This document shows positions 10,714-23,254 of a stretch of DNA of 64,000 nucleotides, in pieces. The position numbers and the translations under genes were made by a program. How positions within the stretch are numbered: the first letter of the stretch is position 1; each line of letters begins with the position of its first letter. The notes beneath the pieces were generated by a model that worked only from the letters and a program-made list of their open reading frames with translations, searched no databases and was not told the origin of the DNA. Source of the DNA: Alloascoidea hylecoeti. Taxonomy: Eukaryota. The stretch covers positions 837,885-901,884 of the forward strand of contig BCKZ01000008.1 in assembly GCA_001600815.1 (NCBI GenBank), written 5' to 3'.

Positions 10714-12891
10714 ATGGCACATCCACAGACTTTGGCCAATCTGTCAACAACGGACCTTACACAATCTCTGGGGTTCACCACCCATGTCAACACGAAACGT
10801 AAGCCTTGGACTCCGCCCGAAGACGAACTTTTAATATCTCTCGTCCATCATTATGGCGCAGGTCGGGGTAAAACTGGTAAATGGGATAAAATAGCCGCGT
10901 ATTTTGATGATAGGAAAGCAAAAGACTGTAGGAAACGGTGGATTAATTCTCTTGATCCTAATTTACGTAAAGGAAAATGGACCACTGATGAAGATAAAAT
11001 CTTGAAAAGTGCGTATGAAGAACTTGGTCCTGCTTGGTATAAAATATGTCTACGGATCCCTGGCAGAACTGATGACCAATGTGCAAAACGGTACAACGAA
11101 GTACTTGATCCTTCTACACAGACAAGACTACGACCTTGGACAGAAGAGGAAGATCAGTTTCTGATCGAAAGTGTCAGAATTCACGGCACACGATGGAAAA
11201 ATATAAGTTTACAGATGAGGGGTCGTACGGCCTTAACATGTAGAAATCGGTGGAGAAGGATAGTTGCTGATGTAGTCAAAGGGAAAAGGGATGTCAGTAC
11301 CATAGATAAAGTCAATCTGATTACGAATACTTCATCTTCACCGAAAGTCCAAAATAATGAAGAAGAAGAAGAAGAAGAAGAAGGAGATGGTGACATTGAC
11401 GGTGATATTCAAATGACTGATTCAGCCACACCTTCTACTTCAGCTTTTCCAACGCTAAAAGGCCGGGATCAGGATAGAAACTCATCTTCTCCAATAACAG
11501 TAGACAGTGATCTATTTTCTTTGGGGGTCTCAAGGTCTTCTTCTACCTCTTCTGCACCACAAGCTAGTACTTGTTTACGAAAAGATCAGCAGTCTAACAA
11601 AACTCCTATCTTCCCGATATCTAAATCTAAATCAATACCATCAGTTATATCACCCAATTTACCCTCATCATCAACATCAGCATCAGTATCAGTATCAGCA
11701 TCACCATTAATTTTTTTTCCTTCATCTGTTCCTACAAATATTGAATATAAATACACCCTCGAATCACCAGATGGATCTACGGGCATTGACCCTTCAACAT
11801 TACCTAACATTTCATCAGAAAAAGAAGTTGAATCAATCATACAACGCGTCAAAGAACTCAATTTAACTCTCGTCATTCATCAGCATCTCCATTATGATCA
11901 TAATTCCACAAGTACAGCGTTCAACTCTTCACATGTATCTGCAGCATTACAAGGAAATATCGACAATATAAATCATGCAAATAATAATCAATCATTTAAA
12001 GTACCAAGATACAGTACTTCTCCCATGACAACTGCAGGCTCTTTTAATAGGGTATCAATTAGTCAACCGCCCATATCAATTAATCAAGATGAACCAAATA
12101 TGGATTTCGATTCTATTATCAATACATTCTCTCCAATTTTTAAGCAGGAAGGGCCGATTTCAACCACCCATAAAAATCGCAGATCCAACAGTAGCGGTAC
12201 TAGGTTTATCCCCAGAACTACAATTACTAGTATGATCTCTCATATACCAAATGTGACCAAAGCAGCTGATGGAGGCCATAGTAGAACAAATAGTATAATA
12301 CCCGAATTTGATGAGTTTGATATATCTGAAATGGATTTTTGGGAACAAATGACAACGCTGATGTCTACACATCCTGATATGGATTCATTAGCAATGATAA
12401 ATACAAACAGTAATCTTAATTCAAAAACTCCTGTCTCCAATGATGTAAAAACAACAACAGTCAATTTTGGTACTAGCAATATAAATATTAATGAGAATCT
12501 TGGATCTACTGGAACATTAGGCTCTTATGGTTTAATGACTTCTGGACTTAATCATTCTAGCTCAACAAAACAACAATCAAAAACCAATGAATCATCCAAT
12601 TCAAATGGTGGTAATGAAATTTCAATTTCAATTGACCCTATCATTATCAATACAACGGCAAACTTAAACAGCGCTTTATATAAGGAATCTGCAGCTGATG
12701 GTAGTGCACATACACCAAATACAAGTTCGAATTCCATCAATGATCACTCGATAAATTTAAAAATAAAACGTCGTCGCTCTAATAGTATTAGTCCTAGGCC
12801 TACATCTGGTGACTCTGTATCAAGCTATGATGAGGAAGGTGATTCGTATGGTGAGGATGGTTATGGAATGTTTCCTTTTAATCCGTCATAA
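10714..12891 (+). CDS. BAS1: Three-repeat Myb transcription factor
   Basis: RKRWINSLDPNLRKGKWT...IPGRTDDQCAKRY.EVL...LTCRNRWR closely resembles Bas1; first ATG at 10714. Confidence 0.88.
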   Translation: MAHPQTLANLSTTDLTQSLGFTTHVNTKRKPWTPPEDELLISLVHHYGAGRGKTGKWDKIAAYFDDRKAKDCRKRWINSLDPNLRKGKWTTDEDKILKSAYEELGPAWYKICLRIPGRTDDQCAKRYNEVLDPSTQTRLRPWTEEEDQFLIESVRIHGTRWKNISLQMRGRTALTCRNRWRRIVADVVKGKRDVSTIDKVNLITNTSSSPKVQNNEEEEEEEEGDGDIDGDIQMTDSATPSTSAFPTLKGRDQDRNSSSPITVDSDLFSLGVSRSSSTSSAPQASTCLRKDQQSNKTPIFPISKSKSIPSVISPNLPSSSTSASVSVSASPLIFFPSSVPTNIEYKYTLESPDGSTGIDPSTLPNISSEKEVESIIQRVKELNLTLVIHQHLHYDHNSTSTAFNSSHVSAALQGNIDNINHANNNQSFKVPRYSTSPMTTAGSFNRVSISQPPISINQDEPNMDFDSIINTFSPIFKQEGPISTTHKNRRSNSSGTRFIPRTTITSMISHIPNVTKAADGGHSRTNSIIPEFDEFDISEMDFWEQMTTLMSTHPDMDSLAMINTNSNLNSKTPVSNDVKTTTVNFGTSNININENLGSTGTLGSYGLMTSGLNHSSSTKQQSKTNESSNSNGGNEISISIDPIIINTTANLNSALYKESAADGSAHTPNTSSNSINDHSINLKIKRRRSNSISPRPTSGDSVSSYDEEGDSYGEDGYGMFPFNPS

Positions 12892-12979
12892 ATTAGGAAA
12901 TAAGTAATGATAAATTTTATGTTTTTTTTGGGGGTGTTTTTCTTCATCTTTTGTTCTTGTTAGTACTATATTCATGGCG

Positions 12980-13024
12980 ATATACTATACCGCACCGCAT
13001 ATACTATATCGCACCGCATATACT
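12980..13024 (+). repeat. 19-nt tandem repeat ATATACTATA(C/T)CGCACCGC, about 2.4 copies
   Basis: Directly visible downstream of BAS1. Confidence 0.85.
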
Positions 13025-13565
13025 TAGTTTTTTTTCTTTTTTGTTCTTATATATATACCAGTTTGTAAATATTTTGAAATTTTTAAAAAGGAAAGTTATT
13101 GAAGAAAAGTATCGAAAGGGGAAAGAATGTGAGAAGGACATATATAATTTATAATCTAAATTTTCAACACAGTTACAATTTATGTTCTCACAATAGTCAG
13201 CTTTCTCGATTGGTATACCACTTGCCATTGTAATTAATATTGGGAACCAGAGCTTTCAATAACAGTTAACCTTTGCGGCAAATTGTTTCAACACTTCCTC
13301 GATACCCCAGGTTCTCTCCTACAAATAAAGCTTTTATCGATATAAGAATGGATAATATTTCGCCTGAAAAATTATTCGCATTTGCCTTTATGTACTATAC
13401 CTGTTCCTTATGAACCGATATTAATTAGATATTTTAGAATATCAGATCCTAAGGTACCGGTATATTTATTTTTTACTTTCACATAATATACAATGCAGAA
13501 ATTACCCTGCTTTTACTTTTTCAATGTAGTTTCGTGGTTCAATTATAAATCTAAACATATTTAAA

Positions 13566-14267
13566 ATGGCCTCAAGATCAATTCTACGGACAATAAATAT
13601 ATCTACTAAAAGTAGTATGTTGAATAATGTTTCACGCTCTTCAATTTATAACTTAAGTAACAACATCAGATCTATAACTATCGGGATAAATTTTCCTATA
13701 AGAAAGTATGCTACTTTTGAAGGAGAGACAGAAGGAACCACTCTTCAAAAGAAACAAAATGATATTTGGGTTAAATCAAATGTAAAAAAAGGATCTCAAC
13801 CGGTTTCTAAAGATGTTGAATTACCAGGTGTGTTAATGTACTAGTGAGATTGATAGTGGATTGTGGATTCTAACAATAATATAGATGTTATGGCCGTTAA
13901 ACGAAAACATAGAAATATCTTCCTTGCATTTTCGACAGCCTTAACTATTGTTTTATTAGGCACATTTAACTATGAAAAGCAAACCTCACCAATTATCTCT
14001 TCAACTATGTATACATTAAGACGATCCAACAATGCAAGGGAAGCCCTTGGAAACAATATTAAATTTGCCTCAATTTTCCCTTGGATCAGAGGACCTATCA
14101 ATCATGTTAAAGGACATGTTGATATTACTTTTAAAGTCAAGGGTGATTCTGGAAGTGGTGTTATTAGATTGGTAGCGGGTAGAGAGAATAGACAACATGA
14201 ATTTTTAATTAGTGAGTGGAGTTTAACTACCAAAGATGGAACAGAAATTGATTTATTGTCTGGATAA
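13566..14267 (+). CDS. COA1: Cytochrome c oxidase assembly factor Coa1-like; intron 13828-13884
   Basis: GTGTGT..TTCTAAC..TAG intron joins the two ORFs in frame (ELP|DV). Basic presequence, one TM segment, NYEK.TSP...LRRS...ALG...PWIRGPIN.VKG.VDI.F.VKG. Confidence 0.85.
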
Positions 14268-14521
14268 TTGTCTGGTTCTTGTGACATTAATTTGGAACTT
14301 TTGTTAATATTCATATGAGATAATTGTCATGTAAATAGTCATAATTATCTTACCAAATGTTTACTACTCGTACTATGCCAAATTTAAGATTTTTCTAATC
14401 CACCACTGGTGTATGGATGTGATGTTGATATTTCAAAAAAAAAGATTTTTCATCTTTTGATATTTTTCATAATTATCAATTTTAATCATAATTTATAATT
14501 TATTTTCGATAATTCATAATC

Positions 14522-14532
14522 GAAAATTTTCA
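14522..14532 (-). promoter_or_regulatory. RRPE-like element (TGAAAATTTTC) upstream of a ribosome-biogenesis gene
   Basis: Consensus match about 60 nt before the ATG at 14590. Confidence 0.45.
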
Positions 14533-14589
14533 CTTAATAATAAATAAATAACCACCCTAAGTAATCGCTTTTGAAGGTGTTTCACCATA

Positions 14590-15558
14590 ATGTCAGAACG
14601 AATACTACGAAGTCGGAAAGTTATCATCTCGCAAGACATGCTCTCAACTCCCCCAAAGAAAACAAATGCGAGCCCTGAATCTAAAGCTTCAAAGCAGGAT
14701 TCATCCAAGGCTTTAGAAGTAGAGGATAACGATACACCGGCCCCAAATCATCCAGATTCAAGCTTTGGAAACTTTTTCACACCGGCTACTAGTCGCAATG
14801 CTCTAAAATCAAAAGGTAATAATAGTATTTTGGAATCTCCTTTATCTGATATAAAGGATGATAATGAAGATGATGACGAGGATAACTTTCTAACAGCTGA
14901 TGAGCTTAGTGATGACTTTGAAAAGGAAAATTATAAGGAAGAGACCAAAATAATTGAATCAAAACTACAAGATGATTCTGATTCTGATTCTGATTCTGAT
15001 GATGCCCCAGTAGAAGAATCATCAAATAAGGATATTCTCAAAGCAAAGAAAAAAGAAGAGGAACAGTTTAAATTAAAACAACAAAAGGAAGAAAAGGAAA
15101 AGCGACGACAATTGGATATCAAATTAAAACAACAAAAACAAGAAAAGGAAGCTCGAAAACAAATAAAGAAAAGTAAACTTGTTGACGATGTTAAAATTGA
15201 TAAAGACAATGAGATTGAGGATGATGACGTGGAAATGGAAAAATTGCCAGAAAATATTTTCCAATCTATATCAAACCCCAAAGTCCATCGAAGATTAGAT
15301 GATGATGAATTATCAGGCATTAATAATAATTTGAAAAGTCAGCAGAAACTACTTAAAAGCAATAAGAAGAAAATATTAAAGAAATCATTACTTATTTCAA
15401 AAAGAGATCTTTTAAAGAAAAAATCAATTATTAAAAAGGGACCAGTTAAAGTACAAGTATTATCAAAAAGATCAAAAACATTAGCACCATCTAAAGAATT
15501 GACAAATTTTGCACAAAAAAGAGAAGACTGGTTTAGAAGAAAATCACTTAATAGGTAA
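14590..15558 (+). CDS. BUD21: U3 snoRNA-associated protein (Bud21/Utp16-like)
   Basis: SDDAPVEES motif, Lys/Glu-rich coiled coil, C-terminal KKGPVKVQVL...LAP...REDWFRR. Confidence 0.65.
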   Translation: MSERILRSRKVIISQDMLSTPPKKTNASPESKASKQDSSKALEVEDNDTPAPNHPDSSFGNFFTPATSRNALKSKGNNSILESPLSDIKDDNEDDDEDNFLTADELSDDFEKENYKEETKIIESKLQDDSDSDSDSDDAPVEESSNKDILKAKKKEEEQFKLKQQKEEKEKRRQLDIKLKQQKQEKEARKQIKKSKLVDDVKIDKDNEIEDDDVEMEKLPENIFQSISNPKVHRRLDDDELSGINNNLKSQQKLLKSNKKKILKKSLLISKRDLLKKKSIIKKGPVKVQVLSKRSKTLAPSKELTNFAQKREDWFRRKSLNR

Positions 15559-15698
15559 ATAAATAAACAAATTAGTTTGTTAAATAAAATGATACAAATA
15601 TAATTTGTAATGTATGTATAATTTATATATGCGTATAAATGTTCATAATATAAAAATTTACCCTACAATTAATATCAATTGCAATATCAATTGCAATA

Positions 15699-16809
15699 TC
15701 AATCTTTAAACAGCGTTATCACTAAAGGTAATAGCATTCCTACTACAGATAAACCCAATTCTTTCAACGTTAAACCATTCTGTGTCTGATCAATTGAATC
15801 AGCATTTTCTAAATCATTAGCAACACCATTATCATGGGCAGGTCCAGTGAATTCTTGCATAACATGGACAGCAACATAAATAAATGTTCCACCACTGAAA
15901 ATCAATAATAGCCCAGTAATAAAGGTAATATCAGCATCCACGCTACCAATGATGATCAAAATCGACCATGTTAAGATGGCTGCAAATGGAGCGGAACTCG
16001 CAAAGACTGCAAGATGGATTTTAATAGTTGGTATAGATAGATTTTCCTGTAGTAAAACGGCTGTTAGTCCAAACGAAGCAGGCATCTTATGGATCATAAT
16101 AGCTATAAATACAATGAATTCTAATACCGAATTACCTGTTGCAAGACTGGCACCAAATGCAACTCCATCAGCTAATGCATGAATTGTTAAGCCAACTGTT
16201 GTAGACGATGATCCAAGTTTCTTTAATAACACAGTGAAGCCATTATTATGGGGTACGGTTATTGTTTGGTTAGATGCAATTGGTGAAGAATTTGAAGACG
16301 TTGAAGAATTGGCCGCAAGGTTTGTAGAAGACATTCCAATGGGTGAATAATTCTGCTGCTCGCTTTTGCGGGTCGAAAGGACTTTTGGAACTTGATCGAT
16401 TAAATACATCAAGACAAAACCAGCGATCAACGAAAGGCCAATGTAATGCCGTAAGGAGCCATCTGTCATTGATGAATCTGAGTCCCTTGCATTTAAAGAT
16501 CTTGAAGACTTGTCATCTTCATCAGACGATGTTTCATCAGTAGTTGATTCATAAAGAGTACCCACACCTTCGGGTATTATCACTATCAAGGCCGTTCCAA
16601 CAAGAATCCCCATTCCAAAGACAGATATTGCTTTTGTGCCTTTGGCGGAGAGTCTTGAAGTTAACGGGAGAAGACCTCCGAGGAAGGACCTAATTATACA
16701 ATATTAGTACCACTATGGAGGTTTAAGTTTGCTTTCCGACTTACCCTATACCCATAATCAATGAGAGCAGCAAAAGAGACCAGAAGCTACTGATGGTAGA
16801 TGTCGACAT
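15699..16809 (-). CDS. ATX2: ZIP-family metal transporter (Atx2/ZIP9-like); intron 16690-16744
   Basis: GTAAGT..TACTAAT..TAG intron gives in-frame MGIG|SFLGGLLPL; HALADG and IHKMPASFG ZIP motifs. Confidence 0.88.
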
Positions 16810-16961
16810 TATTAAATATTCGTATCTAGATCTGGTGGGTGAAAATTTGAAAAGAAGGTAGTTATAAAACAAAAAAGAGGTCAGTGCTAAACATAGAACC
16901 TCCTTCAATTTTATAATTTTCCTTTCTGACACGAACGCGTTGATTGTCTCACTATATTATT

Positions 16962-19469
16962 ATGCCTCCTTCACCACTTAATCGACACATAAATCTATAC
17001 AATCAAGCCTCAAGCTGCTATAAGAATAAAGAATACAATAATGCTGCAAAACTTTTATCGGATGCTATTTCCTTAATCGATGAGGAAATTAAAAACATCA
17101 ACAACAGTGGAGATAATAATAATAAAACAATTGAGATATTTAAAGGTCGACTCATTCATACACTGGATTTAAGATCAGCTTCAAATGAACAACTCAATAA
17201 TTTAAAATCTGCTATTGATGATGGTAAAAGATGTATTAAACTACAACCTTCAAATCCAAAGGGCTATTTACGTGTTGGTAAGTTATTACAGTTAACCAAC
17301 GAAGATAAAGATGCATATTTTACTTATTCAATTGGTTTGAAGAAAGTCGTAATGGGTCAGAAGACAGGAGACTCTAACAAAGAGGTATCTTCTAAATTAA
17401 TTCAATTGCTTGCTGATATGAAGCAACAGGTCGCAAAAAGACTAAAGCGACAGAATACTAATGATGCACAACCACCTCGCAAACGTTTCAAAACAGAATC
17501 TATTACTATTGACGATGATAATAAGGCCCTAAAATGTATGGATCCTGCACTTTTTTTACCTGTCGAAATTCTGTTTAAAATATTTGGTTATCTTCCTCAA
17601 AAATACTTGTTTAAAAGTTTATTGGTTTCCAAAATATGGTATGAAACAATTGGTATATTCCCAGCTTTAATTCCAAAAATTGAGTTACCACTTTCAAAAT
17701 CAAGTTTAAAGAATGTAAAATTATCATTAAAATCATATAAAAAATTATTTCAAACACCAATTTTTTCAAAAATTATACTAAAAGAATTATCATTACCATT
17801 AATTAAATCAGGAGAAGATTTACCAATTTTAAAACATTTAACATTAAATTCACCAGTTTTTATAAAAAAATTAATAATAAGGATTGATTATCCATTTTTA
17901 AGATTTTATGAATTGTTATCATTAAAACCAAAAAATCATTGTTTAATTGGTTTAAAAGAATTAAAATTAACATGTCCTTCAACAATTAATGATGTTGAAT
18001 TCTTATTAATTCTATTACCAAATTTAGAATCATTATCATTGATTATGGAACAACCAGAAAATAGAAAAGAACTTCGAATATCATCACAATGTCCTATACC
18101 TTCAAAAACTATTTACCCAAATTTAAAAAACATTTCAATAAACTTACAATATTCAACAAGTGGTTATTATGAACAAATAATTTATTATAGATCATTACCA
18201 AATATAATTAAAAAATTACCAAATTTATTATCATTATCAATAATTGGGTTTGAAGGATTATATGAAGATATTAATATTTCATTATTAGATACAATTATTA
18301 AATTAAAAGATTTAAAAACATTATGTTTTGAATATCATTGTAATTTAAATCTTTCACCTTTATTTTCTTTAAATTTATTACCAATTTCAACAACTGATAA
18401 TGATGAAAATGAGGAAGAAGGTTTGTTACTTAAAAATTTAGAGACAATGAATATTCGGTCAGAAAGGCCCCCAAAAGTTACCACTTCAAATACTGGATCC
18501 TATACATTAAATGATGCAATTAAAGATTTCTTTAAATCGATATTACAAATTCAAAATCGTCAAGAATTAGAACAGCAAGAACAAGAAGAAGAAAATATAG
18601 CTATAACAAATTTAAATAATATAAGATATCCAAATTGGTTTGAAACAATTACATTTCTTGATTTTTCAGGAACAAATATCAATTCAAAAAGTTTAAAGTC
18701 ACTGTTTAATCTTAACACTAATACTTCAACAAAGTTTGGTTTAAATCTAAGAAAAATAAGATTACATGATTGTTGTTCATTAATATATCAAACTAGTGCA
18801 TTGCAACTTAGACAAGGGCTTGACGCTAATAACAACAACAATAATAATATATCACAAGTAGGAAGAGAACTGTCTGAATATATGGAAATTAGTCTTCTAT
18901 TTAAAAATTGTCCAAGACTTGAAGAACTATATCTAGGAAGAACAAGTAATTTAAATGATTACTCGTTAGAATTATTGTATGAGTATATGAAAGAAACATC
19001 GATAAATCATGATAATAAGAATATAGAAAATACAATTGAAAATGAATCATATTTTCATTTAAAGGTTTTAGACTTATCACTTAATAATTCTATAACTGGA
19101 TATGGACTTTTAAAATTATTTGATTTTGTCCCATCATCAACAACAACATCAAAGGCAGTACGAAAGATACCTTTAGTATCATCATCTGAATCAAATCCAA
19201 AACCTCGTAATAGATTTAAATTCAAATCTTCATCCTCAAAAGCCAAAGGTAAGGAAAAGGAAAAATCTGAGAAAGAGGAAGAAGAAATTATCACAAAGAA
19301 TGTTATTGATATTGGACCAATCCCAAAAAGAAAATTATTCACTGTTGATACTTTGATTCTTGATGGTTGTGATAACATCGCATTAGATACAATAGCATTT
19401 TTAAAAAATCCTTTAAAAACAAAAGGAATTATCGATAAGGTTAGATATGTTACGCCAAAAAGACTGTGA
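16962..19469 (+). CDS. DIA2: TPR + F-box + LRR SCF substrate receptor (Dia2/Pof3-like)
   Basis: TPR (DLRSA...AIDDGKRCIKLQPSNPKGYLRVGKLL), F-box LPVEILFKIFGYL...VSKIW, LRR-like repeats. Confidence 0.82.
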   Translation: MPPSPLNRHINLYNQASSCYKNKEYNNAAKLLSDAISLIDEEIKNINNSGDNNNKTIEIFKGRLIHTLDLRSASNEQLNNLKSAIDDGKRCIKLQPSNPKGYLRVGKLLQLTNEDKDAYFTYSIGLKKVVMGQKTGDSNKEVSSKLIQLLADMKQQVAKRLKRQNTNDAQPPRKRFKTESITIDDDNKALKCMDPALFLPVEILFKIFGYLPQKYLFKSLLVSKIWYETIGIFPALIPKIELPLSKSSLKNVKLSLKSYKKLFQTPIFSKIILKELSLPLIKSGEDLPILKHLTLNSPVFIKKLIIRIDYPFLRFYELLSLKPKNHCLIGLKELKLTCPSTINDVEFLLILLPNLESLSLIMEQPENRKELRISSQCPIPSKTIYPNLKNISINLQYSTSGYYEQIIYYRSLPNIIKKLPNLLSLSIIGFEGLYEDINISLLDTIIKLKDLKTLCFEYHCNLNLSPLFSLNLLPISTTDNDENEEEGLLLKNLETMNIRSERPPKVTTSNTGSYTLNDAIKDFFKSILQIQNRQELEQQEQEEENIAITNLNNIRYPNWFETITFLDFSGTNINSKSLKSLFNLNTNTSTKFGLNLRKIRLHDCCSLIYQTSALQLRQGLDANNNNNNNISQVGRELSEYMEISLLFKNCPRLEELYLGRTSNLNDYSLELLYEYMKETSINHDNKNIENTIENESYFHLKVLDLSLNNSITGYGLLKLFDFVPSSTTTSKAVRKIPLVSSSESNPKPRNRFKFKSSSSKAKGKEKEKSEKEEEEIITKNVIDIGPIPKRKLFTVDTLILDGCDNIALDTIAFLKNPLKTKGIIDKVRYVTPKRL

Positions 19470-20187
19470 TTTATATTATTTATGTAATCTATGAATGTGA
19501 ATTATATTTTTCAGCGCTAGTCTGTGGAAAGCTTGCACTTGTATAGCTAAGGGCTTGTTTAGTTTTAATTTAACGAAAAGTGGCATCTGTAATGTATCAA
19601 TATTCAGTCACTTCACTAATTTAGACCATTATTATTATTAATTATTGGTCATTCGCATGGCCAATTTTCGGCATGCCGTTAAGGCATAAGGATATGGAAC
19701 AGCCTTAGGCGCCAAACTCGGCCGAACATTGTTATGGAGATGGCCGAAACTAAGTGAAATCACCGTATTTAACTACATGTAGTACTTAATTAGGTGATTT
19801 GGGTATTTAACTGTTTCAATAAATCTTATAAATTTAATACATTCTGATTGGCTACTGTCAAGCCATAACTGGACTGCAACTGTATTGATCAGAGGAAATG
19901 ATAATGGAGGTTTATAATTTTGTTTAGAAGTTTAAGTTTTATGGGGAAATACTTTAAAATTTGAAATGCGCCAATCAAAAGTCATTCCGGTGCTAGTAAA
20001 AAACAGAAACAAATTGGAATCACAGAATGGTAAACAAATGGCATGCATATTTATACCTAATCGATTTTTCGCAGTCCGATCTATCGCAAAGTTACAAATA
20101 ATATAATCAACAATTATAAATACGCTACCGAACTTTTCTTTCCTCATTTTCCCCCTTCAATTTTTAATTTTCAATACTTTCTGCCTT

Positions 20188-20216
20188 CCCGTCCCCGTCC
20201 CCGTCCCCGTCCCCGT
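20188..20216 (-). repeat. (ACGGGG)n hexamer microsatellite, G-quadruplex-forming motif
   Basis: Four G4 runs plus one G3 run with 2-nt loops on the minus strand. Confidence 0.9.
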
Positions 20217-23200
20217 TTTTGACCCTGACCTACCCCCTTATATCTACGTTTTATCCCGTCTGATTCACAACTAAAAAAAACATGCCATCTGTACGTTGTT
20301 CCCCAGATTTCAAAAATCACACGACTTTACGCATAGATCTCAACGTCAACTGAAAACACTAACACTAAATTTAAAATATAGGTCGGTCGATTTGTTCATT
20401 ATGCTACGGATCTTGTTCTTGTTTCCACAATACTAGCAGGCGTTAAACGAACAACTGGAATCACGTATGTATAGTCGCTTCGAGAATCATATAATTTTAT
20501 TCTTAATTAACTGAGAGGTTTCTTTACTTATAGACCAAAAACAGAGAGTATCGAGCAAGAACAAATCAGATCTGGATTTGAAAAGTACCTTCGGATGGGT
20601 GAATATTGCTATGATTATAGTATTGCAGCGTTTAGCTCATCTGGTTATTTCACTCGAAGATAGTTATTTATCATGATCTTCTTAAGCTTCTTAGATCTTA
20701 AATTTCAATTCACCATGCCTAACTTATATTATAGTTGGCATGATTATTTATAATTCCTCCAATACATTCCTTTTTCAATAATTATTTATAAAAGCGAATA
20801 AAACAAACAAAAAACATCTCACACTCCACAGATCCCATATAGCTAGGTCTATTATTTATTTTAAATGATGTTGCAATTGGAATGCTGTTTTTATTATCGG
20901 CATATACAATTATATAACTAATAATATTTATGGATCATCAATGTAAAATTTTATACTAATGACTTTAAACATTTTCTAATTCGCTCTCACTATAACTAGC
21001 TACTGTATGAATATTGAACACTAATTATACCCCAAATTGAATCAAATTACATTAATATTTAGTTAGCCGTGGCTTCTCTCATCAAATATAATGTGAAATT
21101 CAAACACAAATATGAAAAAATCAAATTATATTCTGCATTTATACACTTTTATCCAATTTAAGGCATCCTCCTTTTTCTTTATTCCTATTTAATGCCCCTG
21201 CAAGTAGTTTATTTCCTTATTCGTTTAATTCCGAGTAGTTCCTTGTTCCCGAATATTTCCATTTGTCCAAAATCCCCGCGGCCGACGGAATAAATATAAT
21301 TCGTGGAAAGCGAAAACAAAAGTGGTGCCATGTGTATTATATAATATTACTTATACCTTACCTCAAGTAAAGTTAATTACAACTTTTCAGCTTAAATTTC
21401 AATCTCTAATATTAATTGTCATTTAAATTTAACATTGTATTTCATGATCAGTATTGTAAAAGTTTGGCATATTAATATTAGAACTCTTCTTTAATTTTCT
21501 ATTTCAAATTTCAATCAACATTTGTCAAGATAATTTTTCAGCGTTATCATAATTATAATAATCATTAACGATATGCAATAAACTTGAATAAAGTAAAATG
21601 CATCTCTACATGAAGTACAATACATATTACAAATTATTATATGGCCATGGAGTCATGGACATCTCACCAAATTTTGGTTACCCCGATGGTAAACGAACTT
21701 CTGCATCGAAATATAAGCTTATATCCTCGGTTACTGCGTTTTCATTATCCATTTTCGCCCGATATTTGGTGACTAAGTTCACTCGTTCTCAATATAGCTA
21801 TTACAAATGTTGGATGAATATCTTCTGTAGTTTCAACACAAAGGTCTTCTATAACGTTATAATTAACATAAATGTATGCCATTAGTTTTAAAATAGTTGG
21901 TGATATTCTTTTAGAACAGCATAATTAATTTAATCACAGGAGTCAGAGCAGGATGTATTGTGCATATTCTGAAGTTTAGACTCTCATTTGACAAAAAAAT
22001 AGTAGGATTGTGGGTTTTGTTTCGTGAGGACGCAATTTCCTGTGAGACCTTGCTTCAGTATGACACTCAATAAATCACAAGATCAGACGTCTCTTCTTAC
22101 AAGTATTGACCTAAGACCAATTATTCTCACATGGGCAACTCTATGTTGCATTATCAAGATTCAAGATACACAAATATTAAGAATATTCATGTTTGGTCGA
22201 ATAAACCGTCTGATGAAATCAGAGTGGACTTAATTTTTTATCAAGATTAAAAATGTGGTATTTGAAGAAGTTAAATAAGACGTTGGCTCCTAAATCTTGA
22301 TTTAAACTTTGATTTAATTGCTCATTAAGGGTATAAATACATAGAAGTAAACATGAGATAGATCCAGAGTTTTTCTCATGATCATGGTTCTTCTCAAATG
22401 ATATATTTTCATTGATACCATAAATGTTTATTCTTATGTAATATTAATTATACGGTATATCTGGGTGCTACATAGTATCAATTCAAGTCAATTCTAATTT
22501 AGACTGGATGCACCTAATTACAAATTATAAGGTGATGAAATAATTTAACATTTCTAGTACTTACTCCAAAGAAAGAACAGTTTTCAGACTGGTTATAAAA
22601 AACTTTAAATCTGATAATGGTGGTATTACATAACTTCCATTACGATGGCATATCTAAATCTGGCCAGAATCTTTCTGAGCGCTCGCATTTTATTGTTTCT
22701 GGCTTTGACAACAGCCCTTTTGTGTTTGCAGAAAACCATAACTAGACACTTTTCTTTGGGGTCATTATTCTATCTGCTTTGGTTGTCAACTTTTAGCTGT
22801 TCTTTAAATTTGAACTTCGGGTATAACCAAACCCCTGTTCTTTAGAGTCATCTGGTTGCTTAGGTATTCCATTGCGTAGTATTATGAGGTTTGTTATTAG
22901 CCTTTTTTCAAATAGAAGTGTGAGCATAGAAAAAAACGATATTTAGGAAAGTGTCGGGAATATTACCGAATCACAAACTCCTACAAAACGAGTCGTTCGT
23001 GTATAGATCAGTTCATACTTGCCCTCTAATAGGAAGCTCTAATAACTTGGTTCCTCTTTATAGTCTTACAAAAAGGGTTTTAAAAATTCTGTTCTTTTAT
23101 CTTCCATAATTACGGATATATATTATATATCTTGCAAAAATATAATTCTACTTTGGAACGGTTTGCTAATAGTCACATAAAACGATTATACTTTGTACCA

Positions 23201-23254
23201 GGTACAATTTAACGACATTTAATCCATTATATTTAAATATATAAAGTTATATTT

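Noticed and set aside
13004..13420. Short ORFs between BAS1 and COA1
   Set aside because: No coherent spliced model or recognisable domain
21598..22845. Short ORFs and possible decayed coding fragments in the DIA2-OPT spacer
   Set aside because: No recognisable transposase, RT or other motif; would need tblastx
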